Part shown: piece by piece, positions 26,667 through 36,336 of the stretch
Layout of the letters: every line of letters starts with the position of its first letter
How positions within the stretch are numbered: the stretch's first letter is position 1
Assembly (NCBI GenBank): GCA_964443505.1
Contig: CAYUCZ010000004.1
Location: 15,802-79,801 of the forward strand
Length of the DNA: 64,000 nt
Origin: an uncultured Porphyrobacter sp.
GTDB lineage: Bacteria > Pseudomonadota > Alphaproteobacteria > Sphingomonadales > Sphingomonadaceae
Reading direction: 5' to 3'
The notes under the pieces: model-generated
Databases searched by the model: none
What the model saw: the letters and a program-made list of their open reading frames with translations, nothing else
What the model was told of the DNA's origin: nothing
Program-made: the position numbers and the translations under genes

Positions 26667-27968
26667 ATGACACAGCAAGCCGACGCACAGCGCGATCCTC
26701 ACCGCAACACGGTGCTGGGGATGCTGCTAATCGTTTACATCTTCAACTTTGTAGACCGGCAGATCCTGTCGATCCTTGCCGCCCCCATTCAAGCCGATCT
26801 CAAGCTCGACGATTCCGAGATGGGCCTACTCGGAGGGCTTGCCTTTGCCCTGCTCTATTCGACCATGGCTGTGCCGCTTGCCGCACTCGCCGACCGGACG
26901 AGCAAGAGTTGGGTGATTACAGTCTCGCTTACCGCGTGGAGTGGGTTCACCGCCCTTTGCGGGTTTGCCCAGAACTTCTGGCACATCTTTCTCGCTCGAC
27001 TTGGCGTTGGGATTGGCGAGGCTGGCGGCGTTGCCCCGTCCTATGCCTTGATTGGCGACTATTTCCCGAGCGAACGACGAGCCACGGCTCTATCGGTGTA
27101 TTCGCTTGGGATTCCGATCGGATCGGGCCTTGGCGTGTTGATGGGCGGGTATATCGCGGCGACCGTCGATTGGCGCACCGCGTTCTTCACGGTGGGTCTT
27201 GCCGGTGTTGTGATAGCGCCGATCTTCAAACTGCTCGTGCGCGACAAGGCCAAGACCGAGGCCCCAGCGCAGGACATGCTCGAAGCACCGGCGCGGGACA
27301 TTGCCGAAACCCCGCAAGCGCCAACGTTCATGCAAACCGCCGCGTTGCTTGCTCAAAAGCCATCCTTCTGGTTCCTTTCCTTTGGCGCTGCATCCTCTTC
27401 CATGCTGGGCTATGGCATTGCCTTCTGGTTGCCGAGCCTGTTGATCCGAAGCTTCGGCTTTGACCTTGTCGAAGCCTCTCAATTCTTTGGCGCGATTCTG
27501 CTCATCGGCGGCGTTGCAGGCGTCATGGCAGGCGGGATGCTGGCAGACAGGCTGGGCGGGCGCGACAGGGCATTTTACGCGTGGCTGCCTGGCCTTGCCT
27601 TCTTCCTTGGCGCGCCGCTCTTCGCGATCGGCATCCTCAGTTCGAGTGCGCAAGTGGCCTTCCTCGTGTTCCTCCTGCCGCAAGCCTTGGCCTACGTCTG
27701 GCTCGGGCCCGTCTTGTCAGCGATCCAGCATCTTGTAGTCCCATCAGCGCGATCCACCGCATCGGCCCTGTTCCTGCTCATCAACAATTTGATTGGCCTT
27801 GGCGGGGGCATCTTTGCGCTTGGCGCGCTGTCCGACTATCTCGCTCCGATCTATGGCGAGGAAGCTCTGCGTTACTCGATGCTGTATGCTCTGGGGCTCT
27901 ATGCCATCGCCGCCGTGCTGATGGCGCTCGCCGGCCCAAGCCTGCGCCGCGACTGGGTCAGTGAATAG
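26667..27968 (+). CDS. MFS transporter
   Basis: 12-TM-like 433-aa protein with the MFS loop motif (ALADRTSK, LARLGVGIGEAG). ATG abuts the upstream TAA. Confidence 0.9.
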   Translation: MTQQADAQRDPHRNTVLGMLLIVYIFNFVDRQILSILAAPIQADLKLDDSEMGLLGGLAFALLYSTMAVPLAALADRTSKSWVITVSLTAWSGFTALCGFAQNFWHIFLARLGVGIGEAGGVAPSYALIGDYFPSERRATALSVYSLGIPIGSGLGVLMGGYIAATVDWRTAFFTVGLAGVVIAPIFKLLVRDKAKTEAPAQDMLEAPARDIAETPQAPTFMQTAALLAQKPSFWFLSFGAASSSMLGYGIAFWLPSLLIRSFGFDLVEASQFFGAILLIGGVAGVMAGGMLADRLGGRDRAFYAWLPGLAFFLGAPLFAIGILSSSAQVAFLVFLLPQALAYVWLGPVLSAIQHLVVPSARSTASALFLLINNLIGLGGGIFALGALSDYLAPIYGEEALRYSMLYALGLYAIAAVLMALAGPSLRRDWVSE

Positions 27969-28115
27969 CTGAAAAGTGATCTGCCATGCGCGCCTTAGCG
28001 AGCATGTGACTTCAGAATAACGCGCGGCCATCATGGGCTGTCTTGCGCTGCTGGTCATGGCTTTCGATACCCTTTGACAATTCAATTGCCCCGCTTGCAA
28101 TGGCGACAATTTCCT

Positions 28116-28137
28116 TTATTGTATAACTCGTCAATAA
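28116..28137. promoter_or_regulatory. dyad TTATTG-N10-CAATAA, copy 1
   Basis: TTATTGtataactcgtCAATAA, 10-31 nt upstream of ATG 28147. Confidence 0.6.
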
Positions 28138-28146
28138 GGGAGAGAC

Positions 28147-29985
28147 ATGATCCGCCGCCTTGCCTTTCTGTCGGCTCTCGCGCTTGCCGGGTGCACCGCG
28201 CAAGAAGAGGTTGTGCCCCTTTCACAAGGCGAAAGTGGGCGGTCGGCCCATGCAGAAGCGCTTTACGCGGCAAACTGTGCGAGCTGTCATGACGATGGTG
28301 TAGCGGGCGCGCCGACGCGCAGTGCTCTGGCCGCGCTTAGCCCTGCTGCCATTTCCGATGCCCTTGAAAGCGGAGTGATGATGGAACAGGGCGCGCTGCT
28401 CGACCGGATCGACCGAATTCTGTTGTCTCAGCATATCGGCAATGAAGCAGCGGGCGCTGATGTTGCCATCCAATATTGCGAGGGCGAACTGACCTTAGCA
28501 GGCACGCCCAAGTGGAACCGCTGGGGATCAAACGCGCGCAACACGCGCTTCCAATCCAGCGATGATGCAGGACTTGATCCTGAAGATATACCAAAGCTTG
28601 AACTCGCGTGGGCGTTCGGCTTTCCAGGGGCCCAGCGTGCCAGGTCACAACCTGCCGTTACAGCTAAGGCGATCTTCACCGGCAGCCAGTCCGGCCGCGT
28701 CTATGCGCTCGATACCAAAACTGGATGCGCCTGGTGGACGTATGAAGCGGGCGCGGAAGTGCGCAATGCACCGCTGCTTTCAGTCAGCACAGACGGAACG
28801 CCCGAAACGCTGTATTTCGGCGACTTTGACGCGGTTGTGCATGCGGTTGATGCCCGCACAGGCGAAAAACGCTGGAGCCGGTCGGTCAAGGACCACCCCG
28901 ATGGCACGATCACTGGCAGCCTTGCTCTGCACGAAGGCACTGTGTTCGTGCCCATGTCATCGACCGAAATCGTCAGTGCCTATCTGGAGGACTATGCGTG
29001 CTGCACCTTCCGCGGCGGAGTGACCGCGCTCGATGCGCGGGACGGCGAGACAAAATGGCGCTGGTACACGGTTGCTCAGCCCAAAAAGGTCGGACAGACC
29101 AGTGTGGGCACAGACATCATCGCGCCGAGCGGAGCGCCCGTGTGGTCAACGCCAACCATCGATGCGCAGCGCGGGCTGCTTTATGTCGGGACCGGTGAAA
29201 ACTACTCCTCTCCTGCGAACGATCTGAGCGATGCGATCGTCGCTCTCGACCTTCTCACCGGACGCCAACGCTGGGCGTTTCAGGCTACCCCCAATGATGC
29301 ATGGAACGCTGCATGCGGGCGCGATCCCAAACCCAATTGTCCGAGCGAGGATGGTCCCGACTTCGACTTTGGCGCGCCGCCGATGCTGGTCGACCTGGAA
29401 GGCGGCGGACAAATCCTGCTTGCCGGTCAAAAGTCGGGCGAAGTCTTTGGCCTCGACCCAGACAATGGTGGCGCCTTGCTATGGCGGCGGCGCGTGGGAA
29501 TGGGCGGGTTTAACGGCGGAATTCACTGGGGCATGGCGAGTGATGGCAAGACACTTTGGGTCGGGATTGCAGACACGCCGGGCAACAAGTTTGCTGAAGG
29601 CCCGCCGCGCCCCGGCATTCACGCGCTCGATCCCAGGACTGGCGATCCGCTCTGGTCGCGGATCGAACCTCCCACTTGCGATGAAGTGGCATACAAATGC
29701 ATGACCGCTCTCAGCGCACCGCTCTCCGCTATTCCGGGCGCGGTCTTTGCTGGCGCGCATAATGGCCGCCTGCTCGCCTATTCGAGCGCGGATGGCAGTG
29801 TCTTGTGGAGCGAGGAAACCAATCGCACCTTTGAAACCATAAATGGCGTTGAGGCCAAGGGCGGCTCGATCGACAGCGCCGGAGTTGTGATTGCGGGCGG
29901 GCTCGTCATCGTCAATTCAGGCTATGACAAGTTCGGCGAGATTCCAGGCAACGTTCTGCTCGTTTACCGCAAGGGAGGATCGTGA
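28147..29985 (+). CDS. PQQ-type beta-propeller dehydrogenase lipoprotein with N-terminal c-type cytochrome domain
   Basis: Lipobox LALAGC. Heme motif CASCHDDG. Repeated A-x-D-x-x-TG-x-x-x-W propeller blades (AVDARTGEKRWS, ALDARDGETKWRW, ALDLLTGRQRWAF, ALDPRTGDPLWS). Same domain order as PVA-dehydrogenase-type quinohemoproteins. Confidence 0.8.
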   Translation: MIRRLAFLSALALAGCTAQEEVVPLSQGESGRSAHAEALYAANCASCHDDGVAGAPTRSALAALSPAAISDALESGVMMEQGALLDRIDRILLSQHIGNEAAGADVAIQYCEGELTLAGTPKWNRWGSNARNTRFQSSDDAGLDPEDIPKLELAWAFGFPGAQRARSQPAVTAKAIFTGSQSGRVYALDTKTGCAWWTYEAGAEVRNAPLLSVSTDGTPETLYFGDFDAVVHAVDARTGEKRWSRSVKDHPDGTITGSLALHEGTVFVPMSSTEIVSAYLEDYACCTFRGGVTALDARDGETKWRWYTVAQPKKVGQTSVGTDIIAPSGAPVWSTPTIDAQRGLLYVGTGENYSSPANDLSDAIVALDLLTGRQRWAFQATPNDAWNAACGRDPKPNCPSEDGPDFDFGAPPMLVDLEGGGQILLAGQKSGEVFGLDPDNGGALLWRRRVGMGGFNGGIHWGMASDGKTLWVGIADTPGNKFAEGPPRPGIHALDPRTGDPLWSRIEPPTCDEVAYKCMTALSAPLSAIPGAVFAGAHNGRLLAYSSADGSVLWSEETNRTFETINGVEAKGGSIDSAGVVIAGGLVIVNSGYDKFGEIPGNVLLVYRKGGS

Positions 29986-31073
29986 TGCGAACAGGGATAC
30001 TCGCTTGTGCATTGACCGGAGCATTGGCCGCAGCATCGCTCGTCGGCGCCGTGGTTGCCGCGCAGGATAGACAGGCCCCCGCCGCAGCCCCGGATGAAAC
30101 GCCTATCCGCGGAGTGCACAATGTCGGCATCACCGTATCCGACATAGATGACACGCTCGCATTCTACGGCGCTGCGGTCGATTATGACGTTGTTGAGCGA
30201 AAACGCATCAGCGCGGGCGCAATACCCGCAGAAATCCTTGGCAAGCGCACCGGCGAGATCGAGATCGCGCTGGTCAGGACGCCCACCATCTTTCTGCGTC
30301 TGATCGATATTGATCCCGAAACCAAGGAAGCTCCCAATCTCAGACCTGCGACGGGCCCCGGCTACACGCATATCTGTTTCCAATCCCCCAGCGACGCGCC
30401 GAAATATGATCGCTTTAAAGAGCTTGGCCTCGACATCTTGTCACGCGGCGACGGCCCTGTTGATCTTGGCGGATATGGTGTCACCTATGCCTATGGGTTT
30501 GATGCAGATGGCATCATGATCGAAATGGAGCAGGTGGATCGCCCGCTGATCGAAGGCGCAGGCTTTATGGGCGAGCAGCGGCTCAAGCACGACGCGTGGA
30601 TCACCCATGTTGCCAATGTGACCGCCGAAAAGCCTGTAATGGTCGACTTTTACCGCACGATCCTTAGCTACGGACCCAAGCGGGAAATACCGGCAACGCG
30701 GCGCTCAACCTTCGACGAAGTGGTCGATATCGACAATATCGAGATTGCGGCAAGCTGGTTCGATGTCGGCAATATCCAGTTGGAGCTGTGGCACTATTCC
30801 GAGCCAGCAACCCCATTAAGCCGGGCGCCGCGAATGCTGGATGAGATCGGCTATAACAGCCTCACATTTGAGGTTCGCGATCTCGCTGGCACGATTGCTC
30901 GGCTTGAGAACGAAGGCATGGTCTTTGCGACCGCCCCCTTCGACCTAGGCGGATGGCAAATTGCCTATGCCCGCGACCCTGAAGGCAACCTTGTCGCTTT
31001 CCAGCAGCATAATGCAGAGTATTCGATAGAGGAAATGCGCTGGTTTGCCCTGACTCGCTCACCCGAAGCGTGA
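29985..31073 (+). CDS. exported two-domain VOC-fold protein (methylmalonyl-CoA-epimerase-like motifs)
   Basis: ATG shares its A with the upstream TGA. Signal peptide MRTGILACALTGALAAASLVGAVVAAQD. VOC modules IRGVHNVGITVSDIDDTLAFY and GPGYTHICFQ, second module WITHVANVT. Confidence 0.8.
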   Translation: MRTGILACALTGALAAASLVGAVVAAQDRQAPAAAPDETPIRGVHNVGITVSDIDDTLAFYGAAVDYDVVERKRISAGAIPAEILGKRTGEIEIALVRTPTIFLRLIDIDPETKEAPNLRPATGPGYTHICFQSPSDAPKYDRFKELGLDILSRGDGPVDLGGYGVTYAYGFDADGIMIEMEQVDRPLIEGAGFMGEQRLKHDAWITHVANVTAEKPVMVDFYRTILSYGPKREIPATRRSTFDEVVDIDNIEIAASWFDVGNIQLELWHYSEPATPLSRAPRMLDEIGYNSLTFEVRDLAGTIARLENEGMVFATAPFDLGGWQIAYARDPEGNLVAFQQHNAEYSIEEMRWFALTRSPEA

Positions 31074-31086
31074 TAAGGTCCCGCCA

Positions 31087-31719
31087 ATGACTGCAACAGC
31101 GCAAAGAAAACGCACACGCCTTGCGCCAGAAGAACGCCGCAGGTTGATCCTCGACAAGACGGCTGAGATTGTCGCGCGCGAAGGTGTTGCGAACCTCTCC
31201 ATGGATCAGGTCGGGCGCGAGGCGGGGATCAGCAAATCGCTCGTCTACAACTACTTTCCCAATCTCAATGATCTGCTCAAAGTCCTGTTGGAGCGTGAGC
31301 TGAGACATTTGCGGCGCGCGCAACAGGATGCCGCAGAAGCAGCCGAGACCTTTGAAGATCTCGTGCGCGGCGTCACTCATGCATACCTGACCTATATCGA
31401 TGAACGCGGGCTCATCATCGAACGCTTGCAATCAGAGCCATCCGTCAGCGAAAGCCACGATCCGACCGATTTCAGCCGCGATGCAGCGGTCGAATATCTC
31501 GCTCAATTGACGCAGGACCTGTTCGATCTGCCTCCGGAAATTGCGCGGGCCGCGACCGATATCAGCTTCGGCATTCCATCAGCGGCCGGCATGTATCTGT
31601 TAAGGCGAAGGCTTCCGCTTGAAGAGATCGAAGACCTGACGGTCACAATGATCCTCGGCACCTTCACCGCGATCAAAACCGACTATACGATCAACAAGAC
31701 CCGGCTGCGGCGCTCCTGA
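31087..31719 (+). CDS. TetR-family transcriptional regulator
   Basis: HTH RRLILDKTAEIVAREGVANLSMDQVGREAGISKSLVYNYF. 210 aa. Last gene of the 28147 operon. Confidence 0.85.
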   Translation: MTATAQRKRTRLAPEERRRLILDKTAEIVAREGVANLSMDQVGREAGISKSLVYNYFPNLNDLLKVLLERELRHLRRAQQDAAEAAETFEDLVRGVTHAYLTYIDERGLIIERLQSEPSVSESHDPTDFSRDAAVEYLAQLTQDLFDLPPEIARAATDISFGIPSAAGMYLLRRRLPLEEIEDLTVTMILGTFTAIKTDYTINKTRLRRS

Positions 31720-31735
31720 CTTAAGCTCGCAGACG

Positions 31736-31767
31736 CAAAAAGGGCGGATGGATTGCTCCACCCGCCC
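31736..31767 (-). terminator. intrinsic terminator after the TonB receptor 31796..34303
   Basis: On the minus strand: GGGCGGGTGGA-GCAA-TCCATCCGCCC (11-bp stem, one mismatch) followed by TTTTTG. About 30 nt downstream of the stop. Confidence 0.7.
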
Positions 31768-31795
31768 CCTGCTTGATCCGGATATGAGGAACGGA

Positions 31796-34303
31796 TCAAA
31801 AAGTGAAACGCACAAGACCACCATAGGTGCGCGGGAAGTTGCGATAGCCGTTTAGCGTGCCAGCCTGCGCAACACCGGGGAAGATGGTGGTGTTGTAGAC
31901 TTCGTCGGTCAGGTTGCGGCCCCAGATCGCAAACTCCAGACCGTTCTCAAGCTTGAAGCTGATCGTGCTGTTGAGCTGGTTCACCTCGCGTTTGAACTGC
32001 GGCAAGCCCTCGGCGATCTGAGTGTTGCTCTCGTGCAGGAAGTCTGCGTGGAACGTGAGGATGTGTCCTGAATCGAACTCAAGATTATACGTCCCGCCGA
32101 AGGTCATGCTCCACTCAGGAATGCCAGCCGGGCGCAAGCCGGTGAGGTCTGTCGGGCGCGTTGTCAGCGTGGCAGGATTGAAGGCCGTACCACCGGTGAA
32201 GCTGTCATACTCGGCATCAAGATAGGTGAGCGCCGCGGTAAAGGTCAGCTCTGGAATGGGCGAGATAGAGCTGTCGAATTCAATACCCTTGACCGACTGG
32301 CGTTCAGCGTTGCCCAGAACGAAGCCAGTGCCGGTGAATACATTGCCCTGGAAGCCATCGAGCTTCTGGTCGAACAGAGCAAGATTGAAGGCAAAGCCCT
32401 CCCACTGGCCCTTGACGCCGATCTCATAGACCTCGGCTTCTTCCGGCTCGGCAAAGCGTGTGCCGGTTGACAGGTTGGTCACAGCAAGCCCGGCATCGCG
32501 GATCGGCGAAGAGGCAGGCGGCGGTGACTGGAACGGCGAACCGGGAATAAAGTCTGACGGGAACGGGCGGCTGTCAGTCGAAAGGTTGAATGACGATGCC
32601 TTAAAGCCCGTCGCATAGGTGGCATAGATGCTGATATTGTCCGGGAAATCGTAAGATACGCGGAAGGTGTAGGACAGGTCATTGTCTTCCGTGCGTCCGT
32701 CTTCAACCGCATTCGGGAAGTTGAGGAAGGGCGGAATGAACTGAAGTCCGCGCAGCGCAAGGAACGGGTTGAATGCAGGATCAGCAGCAACAACTGCCGG
32801 CACGCCAGCATTCACACCAGCCTGCACCAGATCGATGCCTGAGAACACATCGGTTGAGATGTTGTTCTGGATCACAGCCTTTTTGTCGTTCGTGTAATTG
32901 CCGCCAACTGTGAAGGTCAGCCCCTCGATGATCTCAAGATCAAGTTGGCCGAACAGCGAGATCGCTTCGTTGTCGAACAGGAAGTTGGTCATGCGGCCCT
33001 GACCTTCTCCGCCGAACGTACCGGCCGGAATGCCGGGGACAAGCGCACGCAAAGTGGGCTCAAGCGCGCTATAGGCACCGCCTGTCAGGAAGTCGGCATA
33101 GCCCTTGAAGTCAGCGCCGTAAGTCAATGCGCCGTTGGTCTCGATATCCTCGTTGAAGTAGAATGCACCCACGAGAAAGTTGAGCGGGCCATCAAAGTCA
33201 GACGCGGCGCGCAATTCCATGGTGAAGGTGTCAATCGCACCCGAACCGGAGCTCTCGCCAACGATATCGGCGCTGGTGAAATCGACGTCCTGGTTCGCGA
33301 AGGAACGAACACCGCGATACGAACCGATTGCGGTCACATCGACAGCATCGATGGCCCAGTCCATCTGCAGCGAGACACCGTAATTCTCAATCTCGTTTTC
33401 AGACACGAAGTTGAGCGCGTTGATCGTGCCAAAGCGGTCGTTTGAAATGATCTGACCACCCAAGGCGCGAATGGCATTGCCGGTTGGCCCATCCACGATG
33501 TTCACGACCGAGCAGCAATTCTCGTCGATCTTGTCGTAGTCACCAATCATCCGGAAGCTGAGATCGGGCGATGCCTCAAACAGCAGCTGGCCGCGCACGC
33601 CCCAGCGATCGCGCTCGTTGTTGTCGACATTCTGCACAATGTCTTCGGCATAGCCATCGCGCTTGTTGACGTTGCCAGCAAGGCTGAAGGCGATGTTTTC
33701 GCTCAGCGGGCCAGTGATATCAGCCCGCGCAACGACCGCGTTGAAATTGCCATAAGACAGCTCTGCCGAACCGCCGAATTCAAACTGCGGCGGACGGGTC
33801 ACGATGCTGATGATGCCGGCAGACGCATTCTTTCCGAACAAGGTCGACTGAGGACCGCGAAGCACCTCTACCCGTTGAAGGTTGGGCAGGTCGCCGATCT
33901 GCGCAGCTGAGCGTGAACGATAAACGCCGTCGATGAACACGCCGACCGATGGTTCAATACCGGCATTGTTCGCCCCATTGCCAAAGCCGCGAATGATGAA
34001 GTTCGTATTGGCTGAACTTTGCAGCTGGTTGACCCGAAGTGAAGGCACCAGCGTTTGAAGGTCAAGCAGGTCGCGCGCCTGTGAATTGGCGATCTGCTCC
34101 GCATCTGTCACCGAAACCGCGATTGGCGTTTCCTGAAGCGTGGCCTCTCGCTTCGATGCGGTCACGATGATGATGTTGGAGGGCGCTTCGGCCGCTTCTT
34201 CTGATTCGAGATCCTGCGCGAATGCCTGTGTCGGAATCGTGATCGCTGCTGCGGCAGTCGAGCACAGCGCCAGCTGGCGCAGCTTAAGATTGGTTGTCCT
34301 CAT
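31796..34303 (-). CDS. TonB-dependent receptor
   Basis: Signal peptide, plug (IIIVTASKREATLQETPIAVSV, VEVLRGPQSTLFGKNASAGIISI), C-terminal ...GGLVRFTF. 835 aa. Confidence 0.9.
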   Translation of the reverse strand: MRTTNLKLRQLALCSTAAAAITIPTQAFAQDLESEEAAEAPSNIIIVTASKREATLQETPIAVSVTDAEQIANSQARDLLDLQTLVPSLRVNQLQSSANTNFIIRGFGNGANNAGIEPSVGVFIDGVYRSRSAAQIGDLPNLQRVEVLRGPQSTLFGKNASAGIISIVTRPPQFEFGGSAELSYGNFNAVVARADITGPLSENIAFSLAGNVNKRDGYAEDIVQNVDNNERDRWGVRGQLLFEASPDLSFRMIGDYDKIDENCCSVVNIVDGPTGNAIRALGGQIISNDRFGTINALNFVSENEIENYGVSLQMDWAIDAVDVTAIGSYRGVRSFANQDVDFTSADIVGESSGSGAIDTFTMELRAASDFDGPLNFLVGAFYFNEDIETNGALTYGADFKGYADFLTGGAYSALEPTLRALVPGIPAGTFGGEGQGRMTNFLFDNEAISLFGQLDLEIIEGLTFTVGGNYTNDKKAVIQNNISTDVFSGIDLVQAGVNAGVPAVVAADPAFNPFLALRGLQFIPPFLNFPNAVEDGRTEDNDLSYTFRVSYDFPDNISIYATYATGFKASSFNLSTDSRPFPSDFIPGSPFQSPPPASSPIRDAGLAVTNLSTGTRFAEPEEAEVYEIGVKGQWEGFAFNLALFDQKLDGFQGNVFTGTGFVLGNAERQSVKGIEFDSSISPIPELTFTAALTYLDAEYDSFTGGTAFNPATLTTRPTDLTGLRPAGIPEWSMTFGGTYNLEFDSGHILTFHADFLHESNTQIAEGLPQFKREVNQLNSTISFKLENGLEFAIWGRNLTDEVYNTTIFPGVAQAGTLNGYRNFPRTYGGLVRFTF

Positions 34304-34345
34304 TTTTCCCTCACCCTGACGTGTTGTTTGGTTGTCATTTACGCT

Positions 34346-34367
34346 TTGTTGTACTAATCGTCAATAC
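34346..34367. promoter_or_regulatory. dyad TTATTG-N10-CAATAA, copy 2 (TTGTTG-N10-CAATAC)
   Basis: TTGTTGtactaatcgtCAATAC, 43-64 nt upstream of the TonB receptor start (34303, -). Confidence 0.55.
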
Positions 34368-34418
34368 TGATATGCAATTCGCCCGTTTGAGGATTATATC
34401 TGCGGGATTCTCCGATCC

Positions 34419-34440
34419 TTATTGACTATCATTTCAGTAA
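34419..34440. promoter_or_regulatory. dyad TTATTG-N10-CAATAA, copy 3 (TTATTG-N10-CAGTAA)
   Basis: TTATTGactatcatttCAGTAA, 50-71 nt upstream of ATG 34490. Confidence 0.55.
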
Positions 34441-34489
34441 AGCGCATTATCGAGCACACAGCCGCTGGGTTTGGCGAAGAGGAATCACA

Positions 34490-35542
34490 ATGATCAGGGG
34501 AATGCTGGCACTGGCGGGCGCTGTGGCGCTTTCAGGGTGCGGAATGCTGGGAAGCGAGCCAGATCAGGAACTCGATGATCTTATCACGGGCGTCCACTAT
34601 GTCGGCGTCAGCGTGCCCGATATTGAAGCTTCGGCAAGCTTCTACGAATCGGCCTTTGACGTTGAACGCATGGGCGCGGACGATCTTGAATTTGAACAGA
34701 TCCCGGAATCGCTCAAGCCCAGTGGCGCGCAAGCGGTAAGCTCGCTTCTGCTGCGCAGCGCAAATGCGCAAATTCGCCTGATGGAGTTTGCGGGCGATGC
34801 ATATTCTGCCCCTTCAGGCGTCGTTGCGGTCCCTGTCGAAGGGCCAGGGATCATGCATGTGTGCTTTCAGGCCATCGAGGAAGTGAACGCCTATGCCCAC
34901 GCTCTGCAAGCGGGCGCGGCGACCATCGGCAATCCTGAACCGGTAGCGCTCAGCAGCCGGAATCCCGTGAAGTATGGCTATATCACCGATCCGAACGGCA
35001 TCGTCACCGAAGTCGAGGAAGTCGATATCTCGCAGCTCGATCTGCCGGAGCCTCCCAAGAACGCGATCCGGTTGCGACATGTCGCATTCGCCACTCCTGA
35101 TCTGGAACGCATGGTCTCGTTCTGGTCGGCCTTTCTGGGGGGTCAGGAACCGCGCCGTATCGGAAGCTGGTTCGCCATCTCGGGGGAGAATGTCGACGCA
35201 GTGTCCGGCCTTCCGGGCAGCGAGATCGAGATGGCATGGTTCCAACTGCGCAATCTCGAAATCGAAATCGCGCAATATCACAGCCACCAAACCTCTCTTC
35301 CAGCACAGCCGCGACCATTTGACGCGCCCGGCTACAATATCGTGGTCTTTGACGTGGCTGACCTTGATGCCGCGCGCGAGCGGTTGCTGAGCGCAGGTGG
35401 TTCTGTTGTTGGGACCAGCAGCTCTCTTGATGGGGCGTCGATCATCTTTGGACGCGATCCCGATGGCAATCTGATCGGCCTCCAATCTCTTCCACAAAGC
35501 TCGATCTATTCGGCCAAGAACTTTGCCGATCAAGGGATCTAA
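34490..35542 (+). CDS. VOC-fold lipoprotein, paralogue of 29985..31073
   Basis: Lipobox ALSGC. ITGVHYVGVSVPDIEASASFY and GPGIMHVCFQ, second module IRLRHVAFATPD. 350 aa. Confidence 0.8.
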   Translation: MIRGMLALAGAVALSGCGMLGSEPDQELDDLITGVHYVGVSVPDIEASASFYESAFDVERMGADDLEFEQIPESLKPSGAQAVSSLLLRSANAQIRLMEFAGDAYSAPSGVVAVPVEGPGIMHVCFQAIEEVNAYAHALQAGAATIGNPEPVALSSRNPVKYGYITDPNGIVTEVEEVDISQLDLPEPPKNAIRLRHVAFATPDLERMVSFWSAFLGGQEPRRIGSWFAISGENVDAVSGLPGSEIEMAWFQLRNLEIEIAQYHSHQTSLPAQPRPFDAPGYNIVVFDVADLDAARERLLSAGGSVVGTSSSLDGASIIFGRDPDGNLIGLQSLPQSSIYSAKNFADQGI

Positions 35543-35553
35543 GGGGAATTTGC

Positions 35554-36312
35554 ATGTTTGATCTTACAGGCACGGTTGCTCTGGTGACCGGCGGCAATGG
35601 CGGACTGGGATTGGCGTTTGGTCGCGGCTTGGTGAAAGCTGGGGCCAAGGTCGCGATCTGGGGACGAAACGCGGACAAGAACGAAGCCGCCGCCGAAGAA
35701 TTGCGCGCATTGGGCGGCGATGTCCAAGCCTGGGTTTGCGATGTAACGCAAGAAGCCGAAGTGAAAGCCCGCTTCAACGACACGCTCGAACGCTTTGGAC
35801 ATATCGACAGCGTCTTTGCCAATGCTGGCGGAGGCGGCTTTCGCGGCGCTTCGCACAAGACCAGCCGCGAGGATTGGCTGGGGACGGTTGACCTCAATTT
35901 GATGAGCGTCGTTCACACCTTCTCTGCCGCGACCGACCATATGCTCGCGCGCAAGCGAGGGGGCCGCCTGATCGTGACATCCTCTGTTGCATCGCTGGTC
36001 GGAACTGGCGGTGCGGCAGGATACTCAACCACAAAGGCCGCGGTCGTTGGTCTGGTTCAGGCTCTCGCTGTGGAGCTGGGCACGGCAGGCATCCGCGCAA
36101 ACGCAATTCTGCCGGGCTTTATCGAGACGGAAATGTCGCTCGACACATCGCAGGCGTTTCAGGATGCGGCGCGCCGACGTTCTGCCATCGGGCGGATCGG
36201 CACGCTTGAAGATATGGAAGGTCCAGCTGTCTTCCTCGCTTCCAAGGAAAGCGACTTCATGACCGGGCGATGCCTCATTCTTGATGGTGGCCATACGATC
36301 CACCCCCTGTAA
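35554..36312 (+). CDS. SDR family oxidoreductase
   Basis: TVALVTGGNGGLG, YSTTKAAVVGL, PGFIETEM. No signal peptide. Confidence 0.9.
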   Translation: MFDLTGTVALVTGGNGGLGLAFGRGLVKAGAKVAIWGRNADKNEAAAEELRALGGDVQAWVCDVTQEAEVKARFNDTLERFGHIDSVFANAGGGGFRGASHKTSREDWLGTVDLNLMSVVHTFSAATDHMLARKRGGRLIVTSSVASLVGTGGAAGYSTTKAAVVGLVQALAVELGTAGIRANAILPGFIETEMSLDTSQAFQDAARRRSAIGRIGTLEDMEGPAVFLASKESDFMTGRCLILDGGHTIHPL

Positions 36313-36336
36313 ATTGGCGGAATCTGGGCAGGGATC

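Noticed and set aside
28075-28110. TTGACA-containing stretch with GACAATT direct repeats as a sigma-70 promoter for the 28147 operon
   Set aside because: No acceptable -10 hexamer lies at 16-18 nt spacing. It is not reported as a promoter, and only the downstream dyad is reported.
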